Part shown: positions 12,627-25,749 of the stretch, in pieces | How positions within the stretch are numbered: the stretch's first letter is position 1 | How the letters are laid out: every line of letters starts with the position of its first letter | Assembly: GCA_028023455.1 (NCBI GenBank) | Contig: JAQFVV010000007.1 | Coordinates: forward strand, 13,516,001 to 13,580,000 | DNA: 64,000 nt | Direction of reading: 5' to 3' | Source: Epiperipatus broadwayi | Taxonomy: Eukaryota > Animalia > Onychophora | Program-made: the position numbers and the translations under genes | Notes under the pieces: model-generated | The model's database searches: none | The model's input: only the letters and a program-made list of their open reading frames with translations | What the model was told of the DNA's origin: nothing

Positions 12627-15600
12627 TATTCAAGAATGTAAATGTCTAGGTTCAATTACCATGCTCTTACTGTCATCGGTCAGGCTAAAAACAGATGAAG
12701 AATAGAGGAAAATAATATCACTCAAAAATGGTGTGTCAATACTAACCTGTGTGCTATTATTAATAGTTAATTGTAATTGAAAAATGTACGTAAAGTTTAA
12801 ATTTTTTCTAAAGACACTCCTGATTTAGATAGATGATGGAAATAGTCCAACGTTTAATTACAACTAAAATGTCAGCATCAACATTTTGAAATTTTAAAAA
12901 AAAGTGTTTAATTGTAGAGATTACTTTATTTAATTTTTATTGTATAATTCTTTTTAGAATCTTTAATTATCTAGTAATGTACATTTTTAATAATAATATC
13001 ACCTTTTCTTTCAATATTAAAAGGTCTTAAATTTTTTAAAACTTTTATTCTTTGCTCTAGGATTACGATTTCATTGTAGTATAAGTTTACACCAACATAA
13101 CTTTTTCATACTACTTTACTTAATTCTATATGCTTTAGTCTTCTAAGAAAGTCATGTTTAAACATTTTAATATTTCTTTACACACAGCTGAAATTTTTCA
13201 GAAGAATGACTGCTTGCTTATTAGCTATATATGTAGTAATAGTTAATATAATATGTTATTTTTTTTATTTATTCAATTACAGTTTGTTAATATTTGCAAG
13301 TTGTAGTCAAAATTTAGTGGAGTGTTTCTGAGCTAAAGACATTAATTATGACACTAACTTTCTTAATAAAATCGGTTTTCAGATTTGAGTTGACATATAT
13401 TTTGTACCACACTAATTGATTCTCATTTTCTGTGTTTAATCTGTTAAGCAAATTATAGTCTTGAAAGGCATATTTCCTGTTAGTCAAATTATACTGTATC
13501 TTTATTTTGATGCTTTCATGTACATCTACTTCCAATTAGCATTTTAAACCTAAATAGGAATTCTTATAATTACTTTTCTGGCAACTCTACAGATTGTTCT
13601 CTTCTTTTTAACACCATATCCAAATTTACTCTTAGAGCTTCCACTTTTCGATCATTTTCCATTTCTAGCTTTAAAGTCTTCTATAACAGATTTAAAGTAA
13701 TGTTTTGTCTGATCAGAAGTTTTTTACAATCATATGCCTATCTGCTATTCTTAGAATTTTATCATGATGTGCATTTTGATAATCCAAGTGATTCTGTTAA
13801 CAAATATTTGGTCTACAATACCAATAATTTTATATTCAGCATTTTAGGTCAATTCATAATATTGTATAAGTCAGAATTAGATGCGATCTTTTTATGTTTC
13901 TATATTTAACTCGAAAAAGTGAAGAACAGTCATGAAACGGGTTTATCATGAGGTTAAGAATTTTATGCTCGGATTGACAATTGGCATATACTGTGGGGTT
14001 TCAAATAAATGCAGTTATATTTTGTGTATATGTATATGCAAACACAGTCATGTATTAGGTGCAAAGTCATTTTATTTTTGATGGTGTTTTAAAAGTTTAT
14101 TTATTTATAAATACTAGATATTTCTTTCTTCTTTTTTTTTTTTTTGCTAATGGCAATATTGAATTCTTCTGGTTGCTGCAGATGTGTTAAAGGTTTGGTT
14201 GCTTCTCAATTCATTACTCAAAGTAAATAAATCTTCCTGAAAATTCACATTGCTTCAAGGTAAAAAAAAGAAAAAAAATCAACTTAATAAAGATCCTTAA
14301 TTTGTTGAAGATTTTGCCAACACTTTTTTGACAGACCAATCAGCAGTGGACCTGACTGGCAAAATAAATTCATTGATTATTAATTGAAAACGGACTGCCA
14401 GAGCAAATAAAATTCATTTATAAATAAAATAAAGTCTACATCTTTATTACGGCAGCCACTGACAGTCAATTCAGACGTTTCGATGATTATTTCTCTTTCA
14501 GTGCTTTTTTTAAATGTGTGCTCCAATTTATTTATCTTTTTCTTTTCAATTGTAATAATTTTAATAGTAATGTTTCAAATTTTGAAACCATAAACAGACA
14601 TTTTCTTTCTTTTTATAAGTTTATAAGATGTTATTTGTTTATTTTCTTCAAAAGGTAACTCATTGACTATAACAACTGACTATAGATTTAAAGAAAAGAG
14701 AAAAAATCTCATTATCAACTGTTATTTACGCGACTGCCACTCAAATATTACTCGATTTTTAGCACTTCAATCAAATATCACTCAACTAGCTGACCAATCC
14801 ATAGTCTTATAATTCTCTAGAAAATTACTTTGTGGTTTTTAAAAGAAATCCAATTTTGTTATATTATTTAAAGAAATCTTTAATGTACACAATAATTTAA
14901 ATATTGTAATTAAGTGTATCATGGTTTTTTTAATATTATACCATCGCTTGCTGATATTTGTACTTCTTTCATTGTTATTGTTATTACTTGTTGTACCTAA
15001 CCAAGAAGTAAGAAAGTTTCAGTTAATGGAAATTTTTAAGAAAATGTAGGGTAATTTTAAAAATATCGTTCGTTAGTAGACAAAAGAATTTTCTATTCAG
15101 TTATTGATTTATAAGAGAATATCTAGTTATTGTTACATAAAAGCTAAAACAAGAAAAAAAAACAAATACTAATATTCTCATCAGCTAAAAATTACTGAGC
15201 TCCATATATAAACATTTCTTCTTTATTGCACTTTTGTTAAAAGATTGTTCTGTAGAAGATAACTTAAGTTGTGTTATGTTTTACTATTAATGTTGAAAAT
15301 AATAGTCAAATGATTTATAGATCAGGAATTTTATAAAAGTTTAAGTTTCAGAAATGGCAGAGTTGTTACTATGATCTATGGATATTAACTTCCAAAGATT
15401 ATCATTGTACCACTATGCTTTATTACCTGAGAATGGTCATCCAAAGATTGAGCACCAGAAATTCTTAAAATGAATCACAATTGAAAATCTTTGAATCCAA
15501 TGTCCTCTACGCCTAACACTATGTCAAACAATGCAAAGTAATTTCAGTTATGAAAATAATTTAAAGATTTATTTTTTTTCTTATGCTGAGCTTTTATTTT

Positions 15601-15999
15601 TAAATCTTGTTTTTTTATTATTATTGGTAAATTAATTCTTTCACAGCAACGGTGTTTTTCACAATCCCTTGTGATTGTTTGCATTATATCATATATCATT
15701 CTTAATTATAATGATTAAATTTGAGATTATACTCTCCTTAATTTTACAATTATTTGTTAGAAATATAAGTAAAAGAGGCAGTAAAGGAAATAATCTTTTG
15801 AACTGACAGAAAGCTAAACTTCAACTTTAATCAGACTTTAGGTATCAAATAGTATTATATTTTTCACAGGAATTGAAAATAATTAATTGTCTTGATACTA
15901 TTAAAAATGTCTTACGAAGTGTAACTCTTATTACAATATTTTGAAGCCATAGAAGTACTTTGACTGTCTTTTAAGTAATAATACAAAAACTGCCATGAC

Positions 16000-17560
16000 A
16001 AAATATCCATTTTATGTATTCTGTCATATTCATTCATATATATTCAGCTTAGTGATCAACACAGATATTTATAATCTTACAAATAAAGTCCGCAGGTCTA
16101 GATAAAATACCTGAAGTTTTAAAACATTTTGGTAATATGTTCATTTCAAAAATATTGGAATATATTAAGGAATATATGTACTCATGAAATTATATCATCT
16201 GATTTTAAGAAAGTTTTGATTAAAAAAAGGGGAAGTAGTCAAGATTATAGTAATTACCATAGAATATCATTATTATCTACTAAAGCAAAGATACTTCGAT
16301 AAATTTTGTTGAATAGATTGCTTCCAGGTTATAAATGAAAAGTTATTAGTGATACAATGTGGTTTGAGAGAATCAGTACCACAGACATGTTTTGTTGCCA
16401 GAAGAATGCAAGAAAAGTATTGTGAACAGAAAAGGAGTCTATAAATTGCTTTTATTGATTTGATCAATGCATTTATTCAATTAATAAAACGTGTCTATGA
16501 TTCTGTTTGAAATTAATTGGTTGTCCAAAATTTATAAGTAATCTCTAGCTTATAAAATAAGAAAAAATATTTATTATAGATAGAAAAGCTGAAGGATTTG
16601 AAGGGAAATCAGGTGTTAAACAAGGATATGCATTTACTCCAACATTGCTTTTTATTTTATGACAATGGTCTTGGAATTGCTTGTAGGTGGCTTAATCAAA
16701 TAGGGGTCAAAACATTATAATGGAATTATTGAATTGAACAAAATAAAACTAAACCAAGGACTTCTTTCTAAAGTCTGATTTACAGTATGTTGATGAATGC
16801 AATTTTTTTCAGGTCAAAACAGGATTTACAAAATCTATTTAATGTATTGAATGCAACATATAAAGACTTTGATTTATGAATTAATATTGAAGAGCATCAA
16901 GTTTTTTATTAGCTCATTAAGGAAAAAAAAATATCAGTAATTTTTAGATTGGAGAATTATCAAATTGAAAATGTAAACCAATTTGAATACTTTAGCATTT
17001 TATAAATAAGTAGAAAGGTGGATTTGCATACTGAGGCATAACAAAGACTCCAAATTGCTGTTGCTACTTTTAAAAAATTGCAGAGAAGTAATTAATACAA
17101 CTACATTAAACTATATATAAAGCTGTTATTTTATCTAATTTATTGTATGGAAGTGAAACTTGGGATACTGTTAGCATAATATAAAAATATTTAAAAAAAA
17201 TTCATTATGGGATGCTCCATAAAAAAAATTTAAAACAGCAAATTTATATAACAAATCAAATTGTTTTTCAACATGCTGGAGATGATAATACGGTTTCTGC
17301 TACAGTGAAATCTCATCTTCATGGATTGTACATGCAAAAGAAGTGAATAATAATACAAGATTTCCTAAAGAATGTTTTATATATAAACATAAGCAATGTT
17401 TTCATGGGGGAGTTATTCTGTTCATATGATAGTGCTAATCTCAAAGATATTCTAAAGAAATGCAAATGTCAATTGTTTTGAGTACATTAAAAAGCTACAA
17501 ATGGACATGGCATTGAAGACTGGACTGGAATGTTCTATATGTTGATGGACTTGTGCTTCA
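16000..17560 (+). mobile_element. Older RTE-clade LINE RT remnant (second family)
   Basis: Fragments IAFIDLINAF, GVKQG..FTPTLLF, LQYVDE, AVILSNLLYGSETW, R.PKECFY, LKDILKKC; many stops. Confidence 0.75.
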
Positions 17561-17669
17561 TATCACCACAAAACTTATTTCTAGAGAATTTTTCCCTCTC
17601 TCATTTTTTTCCCTGTGGAGTTAGAATTATAATACTTGCTAATGAATTGTAGTTTATTATTATTATAAT

Positions 17670-18470
17670 TCTATTATATCATTATCAACAACAATAACCA
17701 ATATCACTTCACTGATATCTAGCCTCTTTTCTCCACATCATTCCTGTGCACTTATTTCATCCATCCATCTCATATGTGGTCTCTTTCTGGATCTTTTATA
17801 GTCTCTTAGAATCCAGATTAATCTTTCATTTGTCCTTCTATTATCATCTATTCTATAAATATGTGCAGCCCAATTCCACTTCAGTTTCTTAATTATTTCA
17901 ATTATGGCAGTAAAACCTGTTTATTCTCTTACCAATATACTGCATTTTCGATCTTCTTATTACTTTTAACATGCATGGCCTGAAGTCTCTGTATTGCTCT
18001 CCTATTAATTGTCCATGACTACAACCATAAATAAAAATTGGTAAAACATATTTATTAAAAAAACACCATCCTTTTCAAACATGTAGGCATATTTACATTT
18101 AGTATTAAGTTATTTCTGCCCAAACTCTGACCAAATTTAATTATATGATTAATTTCATCCACTATGTTTCCATCTGTAGTAATAATCTGATCAAATTATT
18201 AACTTTTTCCAACTCATCATCACCAATGTTTTTTTTTATCTTTTGAGAAAAGTCATTAAACATTATTTTAGTCTTTTTAATACTAACATTTGGTCTTACT
18301 TTTGCAACAATTCCTGAAGCTCTGAAGCATTATTTGCAAAACCAATTTCATCTGCAAAATTTAAATGACTTAACAATCTTCATTTACTTTTATTCTTTTT
18401 AGCTTTCCGTTTTAATCCACAAAATATTTTTTGAAATACTGCTGTAAAAAGTTTGAATTCTGTATTTATA
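17670..18470 (-). mobile_element. RTE 3' fragment, antisense
   Basis: Reverse complement is colinear with 9840-10740 (aaactttttacagcagtattt...ttttgtggatt; ccagaaagagaccacatatgagatggatggat). Confidence 0.85.
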
Positions 18471-20379
18471 TTAGACTTTTTGCAGAAAGTAAGTTCATCG
18501 GTCGAAGTAATTGAAAATGCAACTTAAGAAGAATCACCCTCAACTCAAAATTCTTAAAAAATAACTAGGTAAAAAGGTATTTTAATCAATCAAAATCATT
18601 ATATTATCATTTACGAAAAGTTTTACCAATGCGTGTTACTGTTTTATTGTAATATATTTAGTTTTTCAATTTTAATTTTTACAAATTCAGTTGTTACAGT
18701 AGAAGGCCTTTCTCTAATATCGGCCATTTTAGGATTTAACATTAAACTGCATTATAATTTTAGAATCTCTGATGTTAAATCTATAGCATCAAATAATACA
18801 GCTTTTCAACATTATTATTATTCGTATTTTTATTTACTTATAAAAAAATAAGTGAGAGATGCTGATACAATCTTTTTTAAAAAATAAAAAAAGTTTTTCA
18901 GTTTAGCAGTTAACGGTTTTTGTCAAAAACAATTCTAAACTTGTCAAGATAAACAATAAAAATCCTTTAATTAGGCAAATGACATTCAAAGTAGAAAATA
19001 CGTCAAAAATAATTTAGTTCTTCTATAGGAAAAACTATTTAATATTTAAACTTGTCAGAAATATTTAATTAACAAAGCACAAAACACATAAAGCATTAGA
19101 GTGGTTGGAAAAAAAATCAGAAATTGTAAATAAGCTCAGAATTGAAAATATTAGATCTTTTCTACCTCTTTTTCGGTAAAGTCTTAATTTTAATTTCCTT
19201 TTGATTGAGTAGTATATGTTTATTGCTAATTTATTAGTTTCTTTTGTACTTATTTGAAATAAAATAATTGTATGACGTTTATATGCGGTACTTTAGTGTT
19301 TTGGTTCGGTGTGAACGGCAGACTCTGGAACTCGAAGTTCATGGTTCTTACCCAGATCTGCCCTTCCAATGTTTGAGCTTATTATAAATTCCCAAACGAT
19401 AAACAAATCGATTATTTATTTTAATTTATTAAGTGGGTGCATTCACGTGTATATGCCAGGAAAATACTAGTTAAAAAATAAATATGAAAATGAATAAAAA
19501 AAATGACTCTATCTTTTTATATCATTACAGTCACTTTCATATCAGTAAAAATATAGTTTTATTATCGTAGTATTATTTAATATAAATATAAATGATCGTT
19601 TTATTGAATGCGTCTCTACATCATGTATCTATATTCTAACAACTTAATCTTCATATGTGGCAATTTGGAGACTTAGTCTAATATTGATATCTTAACACAT
19701 TTTAAGCTTCACATATTAAACTCAATTCTTACATGGGGTCACTTTTGCACAGCCATGCAAAGCAATCTTGGCAACCTAAAATAGACCTGAGATACAATAC
19801 CCCCTGCTCTTCATTTCAAATGGGCAATGAATTGCTAATATTCAGAGACATTTTAGTATCTGAAATTATATTGAATGCTACAAGAAAAACATAAATTGCT
19901 GATAAAATTTTGTTCAAGAGTAAAATAAAAAGGTTTTTGGCAATTTTAATGAAAATATATACAAATAACCATTATATTTGATATTAATTATAAGATTTTA
20001 TAATTCTGCCAAAAATATGTGAAACCTATTTTTCATCTTTAAATTTATCCCAATGGGAAGACACCAGAGTATATAAAAGCATTGCTTTGCTTCAGCTTTG
20101 AATTTTTCTCTTGTGACTATCTTTAGATTTATTATGTTAGTTTTTCAGATAGTTAAATATTGGAATTAATATAACATTGATTTGTTATTTCGAAAAAAGT
20201 TTTCAATATAGTAGCATTGTTAAGACAACTTTTTTTTATAAATAAGCCAATAGCCAGCCTGCAATGTTGCTGATTGGTTGTTTCAATAGTTCTTTCTATA
20301 ATAGAGTGTTTGCAAAAGATTTGAGTATATTCATTCCTTTGTTAGATTTTGAAAATAAAAAACATATATGTTTCATAGT

Positions 20380-22130
20380 TTGTTTACATATTTATGACTA
20401 TTTTTTATAAATATTTGATATATAATCCCTGGGTATAATTCCTAAATTAGATTGAGTGGGGAATTGAGATTTACCCTGCCCTGAGGCATAGAATTCAGTA
20501 ACAAGGCTAGTTTGTGCAGAAAATTGAGTGTAGGTATAAATAACACCAAAAGTTTCCTGGATTATTTTAGAAAGCCTTGACCAAGCAAACACTCTGTCAA
20601 AATGATTAGTTCAGCTTCTTATTTCCAATATTCATTTAGATTAACCTCTTCAACATTTGTACCATTACCAGTTTAGACATTTAATTTCTTTAAAAGCAAA
20701 ATTTGCAGTTATTAAAACAATTTTGCTTTCTCTAAGATGTCAAAATATGCTATTGTACATCCGACAATATGTCTTGCTAGCTTAAACTAAAGGATGGATC
20801 TCTAACTTTCAACTCTCCTTCAGTCATGCCATGAACATCTAAAAGAATCCAGATCCCCAATGCCTTTACCTTGCCACTGTCAAAGTACCTGGAATATGAA
20901 CTGAAATAAAAGTGTGCACTCTATGCGAACTTTGCTTTACTGTAAGGTAAATATTTTCTTTTATTCTAGCCAGGGTAAATTCTTTTAGTTAAATCTCCAC
21001 TCAATCTTAACATAAATCTGTATTCTTAATCAATATTTAGCCTAATATTTAATAATTGTTGTTTTTTAATTGTATTTTGTAGTGTCTTGGAATCTTGGTT
21101 TTAAGATTCCAAGTTTGCTTTCAATTTTGTTTATTGGAGAGTGACTGGTGAGTTTGTATTATTATATGCCTAACTTTTACAAATGCTTTAGCAGTCTTGT
21201 ATATTTTTAAATGCTCACCTGTAAATATTTTATTATCCAATAATTGATTTTAAATACTGTGTTTGCGTTTTTGCAAACCACAAACTCTTTTGGCTGATGA
21301 CTTCTCGTATTTATTGTTCTAGTTTTCCGTATGTGGAGATTTCATTTCTTCTTTTCTTGTGTCTCTGAAATTGGAAACTGTAATTGTTTTTCTTTCTAAT
21401 TTTATAAATCACCAACAGGAAAATAATATTTATCCTTTTGTAAATTACCGGTGAAGGAGCATTTCTTTCTGCTAAAGTATTTAATGCCTTAAAGTTGTTT
21501 TTTTACTCATAAACACTCTCTGATAATCTAACTTATAAAAATCTAGGAATGTTTACATTTAGCTTTCTAGATTTATTTTTATCTTTTACGTGTGACTAAA
21601 TTTTATCAGAGCATGTACTTAGTTAGATCTTAGTTTATCAATTTATTTGTAATTCATTTTCTTGAAATGCTTCTGCAGACGAAACTGGTTTTTTAATGAT
21701 TTACTTGTCTCCTATTGAGACCTTTAATTATTATTAGTTTTGGCCAATTGTTTGGTTGGGGATTTGCCAGTTAATTGTCTGGTTTCCTTTCATTCTAAAT
21801 CATGTTTTCTTTGTTCTTGAAGTAAATCAATCATCTTTGCTTTGAACATAGTATAAGATGCAGCTTCTACTGGCATATGATGTTCTTTGTCCTGGTGCAC
21901 TTTCTGGGCCTAAAAAAGCTCACTGGTGCTGGTTTTGTTGATTTATTTCAAGAATGTATTGTTTTCATATCTGTGAAGGGGAAAGCCAATGTTTAGGTGA
22001 ATTCTTTGCTGAAAGAAATTTGCTCCCTCCCTTTATAATTTCCTATTAGAAGATCAGTCTGTCTGCCAGAGCATTGAATTTTCATCTTTCTAGTACATGC
22101 TCGATATAACCCTATTTGTTATCTTATAAA
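20380..22130 (-). mobile_element. Possible very old LINE 5' remnant (ORF1-like Q/K-rich stretch plus APE-like fragments)
   Basis: Weak fragments only (FISVHIPG, LITANF, K/Q-rich minus-strand stretch at 21700-21850). Confidence 0.25.
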
Positions 22131-23489
22131 CTTTTTTTTATAAGTTTTTTTTTTTTTTAATAAAATTTTTAAAATATGTTTAAATTTAATTTGGCTGACA
22201 TTTGTCTTAGTGCTTTTATTTCTCAATTGTCTAAACAATACTTAAGATCTCTTGTTTCTCCCTGAATTTAGTTGGTGCAAGCCATCACTATCATCCATTC
22301 TGATCACAGTAAATATTTTTTTTAGATATGTACTTATCTAGTGATGCCCTCTGTGATCAGGATAGATTGAGGGTCCAGTACAGTAAAGACAATTCAGAGA
22401 CACAAAATGACAACAGAAATACCAAAACAGCCTAATAATGTTCTAGTTATTATAGTATCCATGTTTAAAATTTTAAGCAAGCAATGTTAATAAATAAAAA
22501 GTCATTTACACAATGTTATGACTTCGTGGGTGTTTATAAATATCTTATAAATTATTCACTGCAATAAATTTTTAATATTGTGTACTCGAGATGACAGATT
22601 TTATCACATGATAATTAAAAATAAGTTGTAGGTGATTCTAGCATAAAAATAGTAACTGTATTATTGATTTGATTACAAGGTTATGTTTATGTTGATGGTT
22701 ATTTGGTTGCTTCAGCTTAAATTCATTCTTTATGCTATCATACACATTTGTTTATGATTTTGTATTTATTTGATGACAAAAATAGCAATTAAAATAATGT
22801 TCATGCATTAATTTAAAAAAAAAAATCTTAAAATGTCAGGATTATACAGAGAATTTTATTTCAAAAAAGTTGACATTTCCACTAATTAGTAGGCTGTTTT
22901 GTTTTGGGTTTGAGAGTTCTTGTGAGACCTATTGAGAGTGCTTATGCTATTGTTTTGATTTTAAAAATAATTTATATTTTTCATAGTTTTTATATATATC
23001 GATGATGATTTTTGTAAAATATTTATGAAAAGCATAGTTTTGTACAAGACAATTTATGATTAAGCTCAGTTTTTATTTTAAAAAAAATATTTGCTTTCAG
23101 AAGAAAACAAAAAAATATGATGAAATTATTATTGGTTGAAAAAGGAATGGTTATATATTTGTAGTAGTTCTCTTGGTTCATTTTTTAAATAAATATACAT
23201 GGAATTTTACATTTTAGAATAGATTTTTATTACTTTATATAATCTTAACAATAACTTGTTTAGGTTTTAGAAATGAAGTTTAAGCAAATTTTGTTTTGTT
23301 TGTAAAACATTTTTATTGGAAATTGCAAGATAACAGAATTCTATACTTCTTATTACAAATTTAAGTTTATAACTTTTTTGCTATATTTACAAAGTTGAAA
23401 TATTATTTTAAAGAATGATTTTTATTTGTTAAGCTATATTTCTAAGAAATAATTTAAAATTTATGGAAATATAATAAAAATAATTATAG

Positions 23490-23640
23490 GGTATTTAAAC
23501 ACAGGCTTTTATCCCTTCAGCTATCTGTTGTATCACTTGTATGAGATAGAATGGATAGTTGAAGGAATGAAAGTCTATGTTCACATGTCCATAATTACCT
23601 TTAAACTCCAAGTATATGAATTATGCTTGCATTTCAGATA
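23490..23640. mobile_element. Family-1 miniature fold-back (arms only, no HHR)
   Basis: cccttcagctatct ... agatagaatggatagttgaaggaatgaaagtcta, followed by aaactccaagtatatgaa. Confidence 0.6.
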
Positions 23641-25390
23641 TTAATAAAAAATAAAGGTAGATTTGTTAACATAAAATATTAGAACTTAAAACCAAATGGC
23701 CATTAGGAACTATCAAAAATAAAACAACTAAGGAGTTTATTTAGTCCATTTAAAAATGATTTTGAATGTAATAGTTTTTTGCCTTATTTTTAATAGGCAT
23801 TTGATAGTAGCAATGTATTTCACATGATGACTCTATCTTTGAGTGATATATGCAGACAAGGATAATCATTGATTCAAAATCTTATGATGTTTTAACTTTT
23901 TAATCATTAGCTTAAATAGCTTAAAGATATTTAGAATTAATACAGTGGAAAACTGTTATTATTGAAAAAGGTCTATATAGAAAAACCAATCTGTGGGTTT
24001 GTTTTGCAAAATTACCATCAGATATCTATTGATTACTATTACTTATAAAGATAACTCAGGTTAATAGTAATGACATAATAATAATCTTTCAAAAATTGTT
24101 GGATTAGATAGATTTGTATAGCTACTAAATAATGATTTGGATATATATCAGCTTCTGAATAGAAAATGCATTTTTAATTGTTTTTAAACAAATTGGTTGT
24201 TTATAATATTTTAAACAATTTCACACATATTATTGTTATGTAAACCTTATCAATATCCTATCTATATTTCTCTTTTATTTTAATGCATAATATTTTTAAA
24301 TTTTATTAAATATTAAGACATAGTTCAATCTTGCAACATCACTCACAATATAGCACTCACATCAAATTAAGTGACAGAATTCCTTTTAGATTAAGCAGGA
24401 ATACACTTTTATCTGCACATAATAGTGTACACTAGCATCAATCTTGTTACTGTATTTGTTTTTATTATCATATAAATTTAGTTAAAATTGTATGAAGAAT
24501 ACTAATTACATCTATGTTAACTAAATGTACTTACTATAATTGTCTGATAAAAATCACTACCTCAGGCAATAAATTATTAAAAAATAGTAATATATGTTAA
24601 CATTAAACCTTTTTATCCAATTCAATTAATTTAAAATGCAACTATAGATCTTATTTTGCCATTTATGATGATACTAAAAAACATATGAATACTCTATATT
24701 GTGATACCTGCTTTTAATTTGCATTGAGTGATTTCCATATGGTGATTCTTACTCTGTAGTTTAGTTTTCATGTCTGTCCCTAGATGCCAAAAATTATCAA
24801 TAAAAAAGAAAGTGCAGAACATAAGTTGCACAAAATGGTGCTGCATATGTCCTTATAATTATAAAAAAAAACAGCAAAGGTAGTTTTTTTCAAGATCATG
24901 TTTACTATTTCAAAAATGATTTTAATTAATAAATATAAACTATAATTCATTTTACAATTAAATGTTCTTAGAAATAAAATTTATGCTGTAAGAACTAAGA
25001 AAATTATATGATATTCTAGTTAATATAAAAAAAAATAAACTTTTTTTATTTTGTTCAATATATTTATAGTTTTTAATACATTTTGATTAGCTTAAAATTA
25101 ATCTTCATAATATTTCTGATTAAAACGAATGTTTTTATTTTATCACAAACTTTATTTGGTAACAATATGCTGAAAAATAAATATTGCATATTTAGCCTTA
25201 ATTTAACTGTTATTTACATTCACAAAACTTGATTTTTTTTCACAGTTAAAAACAACTTTCTTTACATTTAATTAATACAATGGAACAAAATTAAAATGTC
25301 ATTTAGTCATTTTTTTTAAATTCAAAAAGTGAGAGAGTTTTTTTTCTTATAAAAAGTAGTAAGGCATGCAAAAGAAATAAAAAGTTATGG

Positions 25391-25520
<130 letters not shown>

Positions 25521-25749
25521 GTTTCAATAAAGGCTTTATTGATCTCAATGGTTTACATAAGTTTACATCTAGAAAATTTGAAATTTAACATACAATGAAT
25601 AATATTAGCGTAAACACATATAAATGAATTTAGTGGTTACACTTTGTGGTTAATGGACTATAACAATATAAAAAATAAAAAAGCAAAAATAATCAGAGTT
25701 CTAAAGTTTGAGGAGCTTATTTAGTTTTGTCCACATGTCACTTTGAATG

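Noticed and set aside
14050-14340. Possible mariner-type MITE (tattaggtgcaaagt ... acttttttgacagaccaat)
   Set aside because: Putative TIRs match each other too poorly to call.
18470-18495. tttttgcag-AAA-gtaagt as a 3-nt microexon
   Set aside because: Lies at the edge of an antisense RTE remnant; no supporting gene structure.
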